From: the human T2T-CHM13v2.0 reference genome, Homo sapiens
NCBI RefSeq assembly: GCF_009914755.1
Contig: NC_060937.1
Reading direction: 5' to 3' (one strand)
Length of the DNA stretch: 64,000 bases
Shown here: positions 12,501 through 25,291 of the stretch, in pieces
Position numbering within the stretch: the stretch's first letter is position 1
How the letters are laid out: each line of letters opens with the position of its first letter
The notes under the pieces: model-generated
Told to the model about the DNA's origin: nothing
The model's database searches: none
What the model saw: the letters and a program-made list of their open reading frames with translations, nothing else
Made by a program: the position numbers and the translations under genes

Positions 12501-14565
12501 GATGTTCCATTCAAGGTCCAATGATCTTCCCTTCAGTTTGGTTTCCTGAGGACGTCACAGTAGCTATGACGGAAACTTTAGTGTGAGTATGTCTTGCCTT
12601 ATGGGATCATTGCATTGCTCTATTTCATAAGCATATTTTACATGCTCTAATGAAGCTGACTTTTTAAAGATTTCTTGATGTAAAAATTTCATAAATCAAT
12701 TTTTGTCTTGTGTTTTTTTCATACATTAAGCGAATGTTTATTTTAGAGTATCTACTTTCTGCTCACTTGTAAAAATAAGTGTGAAGTAGAATTAATTATG
12801 ACATTTACTCACAGGGCTCTCTAAAGCTAAATCTGGCAATAACAATAAATAAAATCTGCCAAAGAAATGGAAAATAAAGAAAACATGAGACATAACCTGA
12901 ATTGTGTTATATCAATCTTAAATGCTTATTAATGCTCTTCAAGGATTCTTATGATCAGAGAACTTTTCTGTGTGTGAGGAGGGAACTGAAATAGGACAAA
13001 AAGAAAAAGCCAGATTACAAAATGAAGAGGAAAAGTTCGTTGAAGAAACTTCAGGAGACAGCTCAGAGATGAGAAGATGTGGGAATCCAAACTAGAGGGA
13101 AAGTTCAGCTGAGGAGTGCAAGGAGGGTGCTTTGCCGTGTGGTTTAAAAAAAATAAATACATAAATAAAAATATGCTGAAGACTCTGGAGCCAAGGACAA
13201 GCGACACTGGAGATAAGAGATTGGGTTCATGAATAAAGGTTGAGACACAGATGTGTGACTTCCCATTAACATAAAGGTGCTATTTCTTCAGAATCCGTCC
13301 ATTGTTTTCCCAATGGAAAACAGATTAAGTACATAATCTCATCCTCCGACCTTTCAGATCAGATATCTTCTTTGTCAAGGGACTATTGTGAAAGTGAATT
13401 GGCTGATGTATGTGAAAGTGTTTTCTAAACACTGCTGCTCTTTACCCCACCAGTCTCATCTCCTTTTATTCTGGCAATGAACCCATTTTGCCCATCAAAT
13501 ATACCTTGCATATTTTTGGCTACGAACTTGCTGCTCAAATCCACAACCCTCTACAAAGGTCATTGGAAGCCTATGTGTAAGACATGGCTATTGCCTAAGC
13601 AAAGAGAATTCTGATTTGAGAAACAATTTGAAAAGAATTTCCATTCACCTATGATTAACTTATCTGGAACTTTCCTTTTTTGAAATCCAACTTTGCCTTG
13701 ACCACTGAAGCTGGGTTTAGCTCTCCCTCCCTCATAATTTCCACGGTGCTTATCTGTTTGCATTTAACACTTGCATGGAGACTTTAGGATTCCAACCCTC
13801 ATGCATATCTGACCTCCCAGACTTGAGTTTAATATTTGAAGATACTTAATCCAGTTTATTAACTACTTTCACTAGCATCACCTCCAGGCTCTAGACTCTC
13901 TGACAATCTGTTCATTTGTTTTTTTGTCTTCCTATTCTGGAGTGAAATTTTCATAAACATAACGAGGTATTGGTTATAGTTGCTGCTAGATCTCCAGTGC
14001 CTAAGAGTGTGTCTGACACGTATTAAACACAAAAGCAACACCTGGTTGTAGAGTCAGTACTTGCTACCCCCAGGGAGCCCTGCTCACATATCCAGGAGTA
14101 GTGAGAACAAAGTGCTCTATGTTCCCACTTCTCTACGCAGTGTAGACCAGAAATGAACAGCTGGCCCAAGGGTAGGTTGGATTCACTCAACTGACAGTTT
14201 GTGTTAAGCAAAAGAGAGTTCATCAGCTAGTCAGTGATGAAAGTTGAAATTGGAAGGCCATGAGATTTTTGGAGATGGGGCGGCTCTTTGGGACACATGC
14301 AATGTCTTATTTATTTAAGACAAAAGCTGCTAGAAGAAGACAATGAGCCCATAATCAAATAGTGGCAATAGGGAGAAAGATGGCCAACTATTCCAATGAA
14401 ATACTGAATTAGGAGAGATTAACTGAGCATGAGGAAAAAAATCTAGGAAAGGAAAACAGGGATCTTAATGCCGCCTAAAAGAGTACTAAAGGAGAATTCA
14501 GCAAACATGGGTTTCAGTCACAGATTCCCAAGGAAATGTTTTGGTGACCCACAGAAAGCCTCTGG

Positions 14566-15028
14566 TTTTTATAATTTCAACTTTTATTTTAGATTCTGGG
14601 GGTGCATATGCAGGTTTGTTACATAGATACATGGTGTGATGCTGAGGCTTGGTGTACGAATGATCCTATCCCCTGGGTAGTAAGCGTAGTACCAAATAAG
14701 AAGTTTTTCAAACCTTGTCCCCCTCCTTCCCTTCCAAATCTAGTAGTAATGGCAATAATAATGTCCATTACTGCCATCTTTATGAACATGAGTGCCCAAT
14801 GTTTAGCTCCCACTTACAAGTGAGAACATGTGGTATCTGTTTTTCTGTTCTTACATTAATTTGCTTTGGATAATGGCCTCCAGCTGCATCTATGTTGCTG
14901 CAAAGGTCATGATTTCATTCTTTTTTATGGCTGCATAGTACTCCATGGTGTATATGTACCACATTTTCTTTAATCCACCACTGACAGGCAACTAAGTTGA
15001 TTCCATGTCTTTGCTATTGTGAATAGTG
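14566..15028 (-). mobile_element. Old L1PA (L1PA13-16-like) 3' end, 5'-truncated
   Basis: 'ttttattttagattctgggggtgcatatgcaggtttgttaca...gctcccacttacaagtgagaacatg...ttttatggctgcatagtactccatgg'; candidate TSD agaaagcc (14553-14560 / 15029-15036). Confidence 0.9.
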
Positions 15029-15569
15029 AGAAAGCCCCATTATATTATGAAGCACTATGCTCTAGACGTCAGATGGAGATGATATCATTTGGCTTTACTT
15101 GCTCACTGTGCTTTTGTGGCTTTTATGGAAATATATGGAAAACCACTTTGAAAATTGGCAGTCATTGTACCATTATTAATATAATGTGCTTTTTGGGAAA
15201 ATTGTTAAGAATACTAGGTTAATTTTTTTTTAAAATATACTTATGATTAAACAGACATTTCCCTGTAGTTCTTTCCTTTTGCAAATTCTTTTAAATCATT
15301 TATATTAAAATTAAAGTTAGCAAAACTTTATTAGAACTGCAAAAGATCTATTGCACTTCAATGTAAAGACACTGACAGATTAGGAGTGAAAATACATTTG
15401 AAAGATGTGAGCAGGATGTAGGAAAATAAGAAATACTAGTTACATTTTCTGTAGCATCTCTTTGAGGTAGGCACTTCCAAAACAAAGCTAATCTTTACAA
15501 ATCATTTTGTAATGTAGAGGCATTATATCACATTTTACAAAAGAGGGCACCACCAGAACTGAAAAGTGC

Positions 15570-16480
15570 ATGCAATTTAACAAATATTTAAATACCATAT
15601 TTTGACCCTGGGGGAACAGTGTTAAGTAAAACACAAAAGAAAACTGTGTTAGTAAAGCTTAATGGAGCAAGACATATAATATATGAATAATATATGTTTG
15701 ACATATAAGTGGGGGAAGACATATATATATATAATCATGAATATATAAATAAGTATATAAATACATGAATGATAATATTTCAGAGTCATAGTGTCATAAA
15801 GAGTAAGCAAGAGTGACATGATAGTGTCAGAACATGGTCACTTTCTCCAGACCAGATGATCATGGAACTTTTTTCTAACTTGAGCTAAGACTTGCATGAA
15901 AAGAATAAACAATGTGAATTTCTGCATTCAGATAAATACAGCAGAAAGAGGGAACAAAATGAAATGACCTTGAGGGAGGACAAATTATCAAGCATAAAGG
16001 ATCAGCAGAAGCAGTGCTGGTAGCACTCCATAAGAAAGAAGGAATGGAGTGGAGCTGACCTCAGAGATAAAGGCAGGAACCAGATCACTTAGGCCATGTA
16101 AGGAAGTTGATTTTTTTATTCTAAATCCAATGGGAAACTGTTGGAAGTTTTTCAGAAGAAAAGTAATGTGGTCTGATATTTTAAAAGCTGACTCTCTCTG
16201 TCAGGTGGAGAAATTTGGAGGGAGATGGAAGGAGTGGAAGAATGGAAGAAAATATACGTGTTAGGAAGTTTTTAGTAGTCTGTGCAGAGAATGACTATGG
16301 TTTTGGCCAGGGTTTTAGCTTGAGGATGAAGAGAAGTGAGTGGGTGTGAAATATAAGTTGGTAGAAACCTTAGCCATACTCACGTGGACTACAGATGGTG
16401 GGGATGATGGGAAGCACAGAGTCAATGATGGCTTTCTTTTTGGTTTGGGCAACATGTAAATGATGAAACCACCTGATAGA
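15570..16480 (-). mobile_element. L2 LINE relic
   Basis: Antisense L2 motifs such as 'ggccatgtaaggaagttgattttttattctaaatccaatgggaaactgttggaagtttt' and 'gaggatgaagagaagtgagtggg'. Confidence 0.65.
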
Positions 16481-19400
16481 ATGGTTATTCAGCAACTTGG
16501 CAGATGATCTGCTGGACATCATTCAGATAGTGAATAGTAAATCAGACAGACATTGGAAGGTTTCAAAGATTTTGATACTTCATGAATCTGGCTAGTTAGA
16601 ATACATGTAAAAGGTCAGAAATGCCTGCATGTCCATAAAAAATTCAAATTATGAATATATTTAATTGTTTACATAGAATACACTTTTGTAAGTCTTTCAA
16701 TGAGTAGAAGCTGCAGTACACTGAAACACATAGACATGCACACACACACACACATAAATACACACACAGAATGCTACCAGCTAGCCTGTTACTAATCTGG
16801 TTTTTCTGATGTCACGCTGTAAGTGGCAGTGTCTGCATGTTCATGTGTTTGCATGTTTGGTCATGAGAACAGTTTCTCTATGGATTTTTGAACATATTCA
16901 ACCTGAAAAATGCAAGAAAACCCAGAAACTATATAAAGACTATATATCAAAGAGGAGTTTTGCTACTAGGTGTAAGATATTTACTCTGTTATTACATTTT
17001 TATTGCAGAATTTGGGCCCTTTAAAGCTGTTTTAGTCTTCTAAACTTCCTAGAAAGATAGGGCAGAGAAAAATGCCAGGCGCTAACACAAGCCCATTGAG
17101 AATAAAGCAAATTTTGTTATACAAAAATATTGTAGTAAGAGTCCAAATATAGATGTTGTACAGTGACTTAAACACTAAAACATCTAAGCAATTGTTGGTC
17201 CAGCCCTGACTACTAGGAAAGTTCCCACACTTCATACTTAGTGAAAAATTAGACTATGTAATAGTCAGAAAAGAAAATTCCATCTGGTCTAGTACTATAC
17301 ATTTTAAGTGAATTATAGGTCTCATTCCTCTAAGCATTTACCATCAGTCACTGAAACCTAATTGTAAGTGTTAAGTCATCAATCTAGGTTACATGAGCAC
17401 TTAAATTAATTGGATAACGTTAGAGATTCCCATGGTTAGAACTTGGAAGTCAGGTTCTAGTTTCTTGGTTAGCCACTCAGTCTTGCAAAGTAGGTCAACC
17501 CTAACATTTTAGGGTTTTAGTTTTACAGCATTTAAAAAATTACCTTTATTTATAAGGATGACAAAGCAGATCTTGGGAGTGTCTATGTGGTGATTATTAT
17601 AAACAAATTTAGATTCAAATACTTAATTTGAAATATATAATGTTGCATGAAGAACCTCAGAGCAGCATAATATATTTCAAATAAAACACTTAAAATTTAA
17701 TATAGATATAGTTACACACAGAGACACACCACACATGCACACACAGGGACACACATATATGGTACAGACATAAAATAAAAATCTCTAAACACTCAAGGAA
17801 CAGGTTCAGAACAACTTCAGGACAGTGATTATTGGCAGAAGAAGGAAGAGGTGGAAAGGAAGGGAGCGTGGCATTTTAGCTGTTTATTGCAACTCTTCTC
17901 TTACAAAAACAGATATAAAGAGGGGAAAGAAGATCAGTAAGTCACATTACAGAATCCTGAAACAAATACAGAAATGTGTAACGATAGAACAAAATCAATT
18001 TATTAGGGCACACATTTGCTACTTTTGCTCATTGTATGTGTCATGATTAAGGATAAAGCTTATAAATCAAAATAACTTCTTTTTCTTTAAATGCCACATA
18101 GTCTTATAAACAAATATCAACCTCCGTGAGGACTGTGTGCCACCCTTAATATATATTTGATATTCTGGGTGATGAGTTAATTCTGAAGAAAGCATGCCAA
18201 AGAATAATTTTAACATAGAAGAAAATCTGAGCTTCCGGTGAAGCTGATTCCTTAAAGGCTGATAAACAATATTTACCCTTGTCCTGATCAAGAATTGAAG
18301 GTTTTTATTTTTCCAAATTAATGAATGGAAATTGAAAAATACAGTCTAAGTACTTTGGTGTAAGTTTCTGCCCTGATTATAAGAAAAACCTGGGGCTAAG
18401 CAGCGTGAAGAAAGAGATCTGATATATCTATGGAGCAAAGGGAGAAAGTGAGGCAATCTCATTAAATACACTCATCTCTATCTAATAAGAAGGGTCCACT
18501 GTGCATAATTGTCCTTTTATTCTCTATGTATTCTCAAAAAGGTCACCCTTAAGGAGTCAAAAGTAAGCACAGGAGACTTGTGCAGGGCATTTTCAGTGAA
18601 AATGTGCAGCTGTGACTTTTGCTCTCACCTGGCAGTTTGCCTAAATGTAAGTGTGGAGACTGGTGGAAGACACGTCATCCCCTGCAATTTCTTGACTGTA
18701 ACCGAAATCAGGAATGCTTTCTTTGCGATCGCCAGAGGTGGTTATCAAGAAGGATGGTGGTGTCTGCTGTCTGGGGTGGAAAGTTATAGATTAATGTGTT
18801 GTTTTAAAGTATGTAATGTGCCCATAGGCTGTCGCAGTAGTGAAATAAATCTTTGAATTGGGGGAGGGGTGCAGGAAAGATTTAGGAATGCTGGCATGGG
18901 GGAAACAGAGTATGCGGGTTGCCAGGGGAGCGAGAGTTCTGATTAGTAGGAGAAGTATAATAACCTGTTCCACATAAATCTCCAGGGTCTTAGAAAGGAG
19001 CTTTCAAGTAGGAAGCAAAGTTGATTCACTAGTTCTCCTTTGAGCTCACTCTTCAGATCTAAATTAAGTTGTTTATGATACATGATAACTTCCTTCACGT
19101 GTGATAGTACGATCTTGCCCTCAACAGGCCAACTAAATACGCAGATGTTTTCAAGTTTGAATTTAGAGTGCAGCGAAAAAGCCCACAGTTCAACTTGGGA
19201 TCAATTTTGGAAATAAATTTCTAAAAGAAAGTAAAAACATACTCCAATCAAGTTAGGTTAGAAAAACAAAATGTGCTTTAAACTGTCAGATTGTTTTTTT
19301 AAAGTATAAACTTCCATAAAATATAAGGTTAGGACGAAAGATTATATGTACAAAACATTGTGAGCAAGCACAGTAAAATTATAATGTGAATTGCAATAAA

Positions 19401-22400
19401 CTTTGTTCCATTTGCTTGCAGTAAATACATATAATTTATAGCGATATATTATTGATATAATGGATGTTTTCTGAGAAAACATAGAATCCTGCTTATGGAA
19501 GAGAAGAGGTCACTGAAATCTTTCAGGCCATAAAAATGCATTAAGTATTAAGAATTGAAATTGTAAGCACAACTACTTTTAAGAACAAACCAAGCTATGA
19601 AAACCATTTTCTGCAACATGATGTATCATTCTGTATGTGAAATTCCAACGGAATGTTCTCAAGGTATCTTTGCTCTCAGGAGAGGCAGGCAATAGTACTT
19701 CACTAAAGTTAAGGCTTTTTAAGTACTTTTTCCACCAAATGTGGTTTTCAAGTTTCAGTATTAACTGTTGGCATCTTGGGGAAGTTGCATACCTTTACCA
19801 TGTAGGAGACTGAGAGATGGCAGAATCGGTTTTTTTTTTTTCATGACTACGTTTGAACATCTTTGTGTAACACGTTTTTTAGAAATGACTTTGTTGAAGT
19901 TCCCAGCAGGAGCCTTGGGGTAAACCTTCTCAGTTATTGCTCCTATTTTCATCTGACACTAAGGAAACGAGTTTGGATGTGATGAGGACATATCTCCCCT
20001 CAAGACCAAATCAGAAATAAAATTATGACAGCTTGTGAAGCTAGCCAGTCCCTGTAGGGGAAAAAAAAAAAAAAAGAACAAGAACGGATGGGCGCAGGCA
20101 AATTCAATATCTGTCCTGATGAGAGAGTAAATGATGTTCCGAGGTGTCCAGATCCTTGGGCCTAACAGAGGATCAGGAATTGAGGTTTCATTCCCTGCAG
20201 TTCAGGGACATCCCTTGTCCTAGCAGATAAACCAGGAAAACACTATTGTCTAGGGCTGAGGGGGTGCTTGCACTGTAGAGCATACCAATGAGGCTGACTA
20301 CACTCGGAGCTCAAGAACGAGTTTCATTTGCTTCTCACCCTTTTTGTCATTGTCGATGTGCAGGGTGCTCATGGATGGGTGCTGGGTTTGGCAGGGGTGG
20401 AAATAAAGTTTGCTTCTTTTGCTTTGTGTTCCTCACAGAGTTTATTTCTGTGGCAGGCTTTTTCATAAAGGATCTTTCTTTGGCATCCTTTGATGGTTTA
20501 AATTGCTAAATATGTTTTCGTGATGGATATTACACATAATGTTTAACCGAAAGCATTTGATATTATTTTCCCAAAGTCAATTATTATCTCCCTAGCTTTT
20601 GTATGTCTTTAGGCAGGATTTTTTCTTGGTAAGTGATCCAGGCCTATTTTACCTTTTCCTGAAATGTATACCACTCTCAGATGTCTCAGAGAGTCTGGGA
20701 AATATGAATTGACATATCACAAAACTTAAAAAGTAGGTAGAAATTAATTGGAATAAGTTAATTTTACTTCTAGTTGGAAATATTATATGAAGTTCCTTTG
20801 GGTTAAAAAAAAAAGAATAAAGTGTCTATACATAAAGCAGCAGAGAATTAGACTCTGCCTTTCAGTATCTAACTCCCTCAGGATGTAAGTTGTTTTTGAT
20901 CAGCATATGTTCATAAAAACAAAGATCATGCATTTTATCTCTGCTTTTAAAAGCCAGCGAAATTCAGAGTACAGTATCAGGCTCCTAGAAGGTGTTTACT
21001 TAGAAAGAAAAAATCTGTTGATTTATCGTAACTTTAGCATCTGGTACAATTGGAACACCAAGTAAATAATGAAAGTTTATGTTTTTCTAGTATATAAAAA
21101 AGTTGAATAGGAGCTTCCCATGAATTATGTACCAACATTTACAGTATGCACCAATCTCAGTTTGAATGCAAATGTTATGGAACCTCGTTCAACCTTGATT
21201 TAGAGGCCAATACCCTGGGAATATTTGGGTATTGGGAGCTATCCCAAATTGAGGGACCATACCATGAAAGGGATGATGCGGATCTAGGAATCAGTCAATT
21301 ACCAATCAGTATGGACCCTGTTAGGACTTAGGTTTGCGCTTTCTCTGCCAACTCTCATTGTCTCTACCAACTATCCCTTTCTAAGTCAACTGTCAGCTTC
21401 CTCTAAGTCACCTCTCCACTTTAAACATTGCCAAATTTTGTTACTTCTTTTGTATTCTATTATAATCTATTTTGTCTCCTTTGTTCTTATGGTTTTATGG
21501 CTTTTTTATTCCCTTATAGACATTTTTAGCTTTTTAGTAGGGTTTAGGGACCAAGCATAACTGGAACATGTGTTCAATCTACCGTGCTTTCTCAAAATTC
21601 CTAATTTTTGTATAAAATTAGTAACTCTTTACCATGATTGCCTCATATATATCCTACCCAATCTATTATTTACTTTTCTGTTTTACTTGCGATTTTATAA
21701 AATATATTTGGACATGATTTCTTTTTCTTTTCATCATTTATTATTTCATTTTCTTTATTGTTTCAAGATAAATAATAATGGTTAATATGTTCAATAACAA
21801 CATTTTAAAAATAATTAAATCTTAAATGTAGCTGTACTGTCTTTTGGTTTATCATGTAACTTGAGGGTCTAATTTGAGTATTTTTTTTCATAGAGCTTTA
21901 CTTGAAATAAATTGTTTGTTTAATTTTCCATTTCCCATTGTTAGTGAGGTTTCTATGATTATATTCATATATAAATAACAAGGTCTAATTTTGACCCATC
22001 TTCTATTCTGATGACTTATCTTTTCAGAAGAATAAATTATAGTTTATATTATAAAGGAATCACATATTTTCTATAAGGCTTATTCATTTCCTATTTATTT
22101 AAAAAATTTTTAAATTTTAAAATCATTGTTTCTTGAAAATCTTGTATGCTTAGTTTATCAATTTTACATTAAAATCTCATTGAACTTTTTCAGCTCAACC
22201 TGAAAAATAAATGGAATGAAAATGTCTTGGAAGACTGAAATTTCATTTCCATTCTTCCTATAGAAAAGGAATTACAAATAATTGGCATACATGAAACAAT
22301 CAAAGAGTATGCAGTCAAACAAATAGAAAAAAAAATATGTGTCACACAGTTAACTAATAAATACATTATGTTAACATTATGCTATTTCCCTGTGTGTTTG

Positions 22401-23179
22401 CTATTCCTTCCATCCTGGAACATGAAAGTAGTCTATCTTTTTTCATTTATTTTTGTCTTCTTTTATATCTTTTATATCTCTCCTTAGTTGGAAGTTCTAA
22501 TAAAGCATCTATATATAGTCTTTGCAGATGTATTACCTCATGTTCGTAAGAATTATATTAGTGCAATTCAGAGTAGGCAAAAAGGGATTTACCATAAAAT
22601 TAATAAGCTCAAACTTTGACCCTCATTTATTTTCCAAAACTCTGGTAGGGGTTCTAGGAAAGTTCTTACTAGTTAATTAAAAACAATCATAAGTGTATTT
22701 AAAAAATTATTTCACTAAAAATTGGCCTTGTGTAGAGAACATAAATTGAACATCTGAAGTTTCTAACTTCAAGATTTAGATATTCCTTTGCCAGCTATAC
22801 ATGGCCTAGCTCCTTTTCCATTCTGTACATGAGCTCTCATGCTGCGGTGAGAATCCAGTGAGATGAACTATGCAGAAAATAAATAATGCTGCACACTATG
22901 AAAACATTGGCAATTGTTGTAGATTATGAAGGATTTACTTAATTTAATCAGAAACAAAAGAACATAGATTTTTTTGATACTGAATGTAAGATGGGGCCAA
23001 TTTATAGGAGGCTTTGAAAGCCAATAGAGGGAAGTTTGTCAGATTGAGAAGACAATAGGGCGACGCTTTGTTCTGTTTAGTTTTTCAGAGTCAAACAAAT
23101 ATCATCACTATTGTTTCTAGAGCAGAGTGTGCCGTATGCTTGTCTAAAAGCAGGCCATGTGGAGGAGCTTTCAAGTAAT

Positions 23180-23345
23180 CAAGAGGCAACATCTTCACTC
23201 CTTTTGTATACATGAAGAAATTGAGGTGTTGAAATTTTAAGTAACTTCCTCAAATTTCCACAAATTTATAAGACAGAAATTGAATTGAAATTCATGAATC
23301 TTTTCCAAGAGCCCACAGTACTAAGCACTATATCACCCAGCTTCC
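23180..23345 (-). mobile_element. MIR fragment (within L2 relics)
   Basis: 'atgaagaaattgaggtgttgaaattttaagtaacttcctcaaat' is a MIR core. Confidence 0.55.
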
Positions 23346-23647
23346 TCTTGGGCAGTAACTAAAAATAAGATGAGAAGAATCATGAATAGCATGTAGGACT
23401 ATATTATATTTAATTAGGTATAAGTTTGTTTGCAGGGTTGTTGAAGTGAAGAAAACATGCATATAAGACACAATTCAGGGTAAATATTGACAAATTCTAA
23501 TGATACCTTTTATTAGATTGATGAATCAAAGAGATAAAAATAAATTCAAACTTTTAGATTGTAAGACTACAAAGATAATGGAGTCTTTGTCTAATTTAAA
23601 GGACTTGGACTGTAAGCTCATGTATTTGACTTGTTTAAATGCTACTT

Positions 23648-23868
23648 TGAATAGAATGAAATATTGATTTAAGTAAATTAGATTTATGAATCATGCCACA
23701 GATACAAAAATTGTTATAGCCAATAAATATTTTGAAAAAAAACCAAACATTTAAAATAAACATGAAACCTGGACTGGAAGGACCTATTTTACGTATTTTA
23801 GAGTACATTTGTATGGGAACAAGCACAATAGGATTGGAAACGTATAATAAATATGAGAAATCCAATCA
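23648..23868 (+). repeat. ~220-bp local direct duplication, copy 1
   Basis: Aligns colinearly with 25067-25291, with scattered substitutions and small indels. Confidence 0.9.
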
Positions 23869-25066
23869 AGTAAGAGACAATACCAGTCTAACCTGAGGGT
23901 GCTTAAGAACCTCCTCAGAACCTCCTAGTAATTCTAGGTCAGAAGTCCCTTCGAGTAAAGACTAAGCTGACAGTGAAATCCGACATGGAGATGAAGTCAT
24001 TGAGCAATTAGCCTCAAAGTGAGTGGTCAAAATATGAGAACAGAAGTTCTCCAATTGGACAAGGTGGAGAAAGAATATTGGAGGGCCAACAACCAAATAT
24101 GCTTAAGTACTCATAGCACCATTCCCTCTGAGAAGGGAACTATGAAATGCACAAGAGCAGAATAGGTATCTGCATCTTGGGAACTGCCATAAGGACAGTG
24201 ATGATGATAAACAGCTGCTTCATCTACTTATGCTTGTGCACAGAGCTGCTGTTTCAGGAAGCCCTTTTAGGAGCATTGCACGACAATCTTTATTTCCCAT
24301 TTATCTCCAGGTGGGACCACTTTAGCTTAGTTTCTACAAGTAAAGGCAATGACACTGTGTCATTGGGTCCTGCATTTAAAATATAGCAAAAAGCCATTGT
24401 AATGGCAACTCACACTTGAAGGTCTTTGCATCAATGCACACGCATTTTACTGAGGACATGGCTATTTTATAATATGCACATAGCTATTTTAAGAGGAAAC
24501 ACCCTAAGGATGTAGTATCTTAGCACACATCCAATGTAAGTTATTTATACTTTACACATGATCTTGTCAATACATTAGGTTTTGGGGGATACTGTGATTC
24601 CTTTAGCGTAGCAGATATTATGAGGTTTCTGTTTCCAGGAGAGAAAAGTACAAACATAGCATATTTGAAGGATACTCTTTAGCAAGGGTGAGGTTGTCAT
24701 AGTTCCTAATGACTCTTAGTTTTAAGTAAACTACTTCTCCTCTCCTATATGAGGTAATGAGTGAACACAGATGACTGGATTCCATTCTGCAATAAAACAC
24801 AAGGAATGCCAGGGAAGACATGGAGAGTTACTGATCTCAGGAACCCATGCTGACTAACTAACCATGGAATTTATTCAGCACAATGAAAGAGTGAGAGATA
24901 CAAATATAAAACAGACACACTAAAATTAGACACCTTTGTATTTATCAGATTGGGAAAAATATAAAATCAGATAAAAGATGTAGACAATAATGCCCAAACT
25001 GAAATAGATAAGGAAACAATTTACAGCAGTTTTTGATTCTGTGGACTGAATTCATATGTAACCACA

Positions 25067-25291
25067 TGAATAGAATGAAATATTGATTTAAGTAAACAAG
25101 ATTAGATTTATGAATCATGCTTCAGATACAAAAAAGTATTATAGCCAAGAAATATTTTGAAAAATACAAACTTTTAAAAGAAACATGAAACCTGGACTAG
25201 AAGAACATATTTTACATGTATTAGAGTGCTTTTTTATGAGAGCAAACACAATAGGACTGGAAATGTATAATAAATGTAGGAAATCAAATCA
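25067..25291 (+). repeat. ~220-bp local direct duplication, copy 2
   Basis: Aligns colinearly with 23648-23868. Confidence 0.9.

Noticed and set aside
15965-18545. Isolated monomeric nuclear-receptor sites (TGACCTTGA at 15965; AAAGGTCA at 16610 and 18538)
   Set aside because: Single 8-9-mers are expected by chance in 64 kb.
20016-20075. AATAAA followed by A15 as a processed-pseudogene tail
   Set aside because: No TSD or upstream coding remnant is visible; better explained as a minus-strand polypyrimidine tract.
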